From the human T2T-CHM13v2.0 reference genome, Homo sapiens: a stretch of DNA of 64,000 nucleotides. Below the pieces are notes generated by a model. The model was not told the DNA's origin, made no database searches, and saw nothing but the letters and a program-made list of their open reading frames with translations. This document shows, piece by piece, positions 63,908 through 64,000 of the stretch (the first letter of the stretch is position 1; every line of letters begins with the position of its first letter). Location: the NCBI RefSeq assembly GCF_009914755.1, contig NC_060936.1. One strand, 5' to 3'. Both the position numbers and the translations under genes were made by a program.

Positions 63908-64000
63908 CAGGAGTTCTTAACATTTCTATGTATCAGAAACACTTTTGACAGTCTGATGGAGCCTATGAACCTATATCTTCTCAGGATGATTATTTACATG
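63908..64000 (+). mobile_element. hAT-Charlie-type MITE end, cut by the window edge
   Basis: CAGGAGTTCTTAAC terminus followed by TTTGACAGTCTGATGGAGCCTATG...TTCTCAG. Confidence 0.55.

Overview
This is primate (most likely human) AT-rich intronic or intergenic DNA made up mostly of transposable elements. I can support no host protein-coding gene, RNA gene or CRISPR array. Every long ORF in the track is a broken LINE-1 ORF1/ORF2/ORF0, an Alu-derived frame or a MaLR gag-like remnant. The left half holds an ERVL 5' end with its MLT2 LTR, several MaLR LTRs, eight Alus, and L2/MIR/hAT relics. It also holds a complete MST provirus (5-bp TSD) that contains a Ricksha-type Mutator (MULE) DNA transposon. 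That transposon still has a readable transposase remnant and itself contains an L1 3' end. The right half is a dense, almost uniformly plus-strand LINE-1 cluster: a full-length L1PA5-like copy, an old L1MA with two nested L1PA insertions, an L1PB, an L1PA8-like copy and a twin-primed inverted L1. I found no convincing new biological system. The best leads are the fossil MULE transposase in a three-level nest, a 135-bp non-repeat duplication with a stuttered junction, a fold-back insertion scar in an L1, a close inverted AluY pair with one near-consensus copy, and a speculative minus-strand spliced transcript. Subfamily names come from remembered consensus sequences and need RepeatMasker/Dfam confirmation.
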